64,000 nt of DNA from Macrostomum lignano (taxonomy: Eukaryota), in the NCBI GenBank assembly GCA_002269645.1, contig NIVC01001190.1, forward strand, positions 248,001 to 312,000, given 5' to 3'. Shown piece by piece: positions 62,923 through 64,000 of the stretch. The notes beneath the pieces are model-generated. The model was not told where the DNA came from. It worked only from the letters and a program-made list of their open reading frames with translations, and did not search any database. Position 1 is the stretch's first letter, and every line of letters starts with the position of its first letter. Both the position numbers and the translations under genes were made by a program.

Positions 62923-63083
62923 CACTGCACAATGCTGGGTTTACAATAATGCGCATGTGATGAGGTTTAAAACCCCACTTTATCCAGCTTCATAAACCTA
63001 GCGCTACTTATAGGATGTAGAAACAGTTCAACTTTTCTATCAGGGTGGTCACCCTCAAAAATTTTTTTATTTTAGAGAAAAAA

Positions 63084-64000
63084 ATGCCAAAAGCTAATCC
63101 AGCAAAAGATTTAGTCAACAAACATTTTTCAAAAGGCGTCTCATTTCAAGACAAAAGTAATTTACTAAGAGAAGCATGTAAACAAAAGTTTAACACCGAC
63201 CCTGGTCACCTGGGAAGCTATGAAAAACAGTTGGAAATCATCAATCAATTAGAATCCAACCAGTATGCGCCTATAAAAATCCTGCAAAGGAACACCAAGA
63301 GAGGAGTCGCAACTTAGTTAACAAATACGAAACTCTCACTGGTGAAAAAGCAAAGTACCCACAAAATAAGCAGGAACAAGAGAAATTAGAGCAATTAATC
63401 CATTTAAAAGAGTCGGAGCTTGCCACTGAAGAGATTAATTTTGCACAGAGGAAGTTTACAGAACATTACATAGAGTACACAATCCCAATTAACGGCACCA
63501 ACGGCACCACCGCAAACATCTACGACTATAAAGACAGCATCCAATCAGTTGTTGATCACACACTCAAAACACGCAAGACTTTAAACTACAGATATCATTC
63601 AAGATTGCGTTTTATATGCCTGCAAAACCCACTGAGCATCTCGAGTATTACATGACAACAAAGGCAAAGCCATTCACCCCTACAGACACACTGGATCCTT
63701 TCCTTCAAGATGTCACTAAGAAAATTGAAGCGTTTACATCCAGAGGTTCCGGATGGGTCGTGGAGGGATTCAAAGAGCGACTGTCATGGTCATGAAATAT
63801 GACCCACTTAAAGCCTCCTCTTATATAGAGCTCCCGCATAAGCTAGCCGGTAAAAAAGCTTGCATAAATGTTAAAAATAAAGACAATTGCTGTGCTCTAT
63901 GGGCAGTTCTTTCTGCACTTCTTCATGATAGTGTACCTCACCACCCCGAAAGAACCTCAAATTATCAAAATTATTTCAACTACTATCTCATCGAATGCGA
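63084..64000 (+). pseudogene. N-terminal region of protein-primed DNA polymerase B, frameshifted and incomplete
   Basis: FTSRGSGWVVE, then in another frame YDPLKASSYIELP...KKACINVKNKDNCCALWAVLS, typical of the Polinton pPolB N-terminus. Disrupted by stops/frameshifts (could also be assembly indels). Confidence 0.85.

Larger units (their letters stand above)
58461..64000 (+). mobile_element. Polinton/Maverick (adintovirus-like) element, left part; continues beyond the window
   Basis: Integrase, PLA2, pX-like and pPolB N-terminal genes are co-located. The putative left terminus AGTAG at 58461 (Polintons start 5'-AG) is followed by subterminal repeats. The terminus position is inferred. Confidence 0.9.

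Overview
Eukaryotic (metazoan) genomic DNA with short GT-AG introns and very abundant mini/microsatellites. The style suggests a free-living flatworm such as Macrostomum, but that is inference only. Host genes: (i) four paralogs of a secreted signal-PAN-PAN-fibrinogen-related domain (FReD) gene at 2.2-24.9 kb (three intact, one pseudogene; copy 4 inverted); (ii) a MATH-BTB gene with an intronless CDS; (iii) a 4-exon secreted single laminin-G protein whose three introns each contain a tandem array; (iv) three intact paralogs of a second signal-PAN-FReD subfamily at 42.6-53.7 kb; (v) the last exon of a probable CC2D1/lgd gene on the minus strand. Mobile DNA: a decayed LOA-like LINE (RT-RNaseH-CCHC), a split RTE-like LINE, a DIRS/Ngaro-type tyrosine-recombinase element, a solo LTR with a 5-bp TSD, hAT MITEs with 8-bp TSDs, two CORE-type SINEs, and from about 58.46 kb to the window end the left part of a Polinton/adintovirus (parvovirus-like PLA2, DDE integrase, adenovirus pX-like protein, frameshifted pPolB). 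Most interesting: a 7-gene PAN-FReD cluster with near-identical scaffolds, hypervariable and mosaic ligand-binding ends and a non-canonical FReD pocket; intronic arrays built from amplified 5' splice-site motifs; an LTR inserted inside a splice donor; and an endogenous adintovirus-like element apparently inside a CC2D1 intron. Exon coordinates were derived by hand from splice motifs and frame continuity; no database searches were run.
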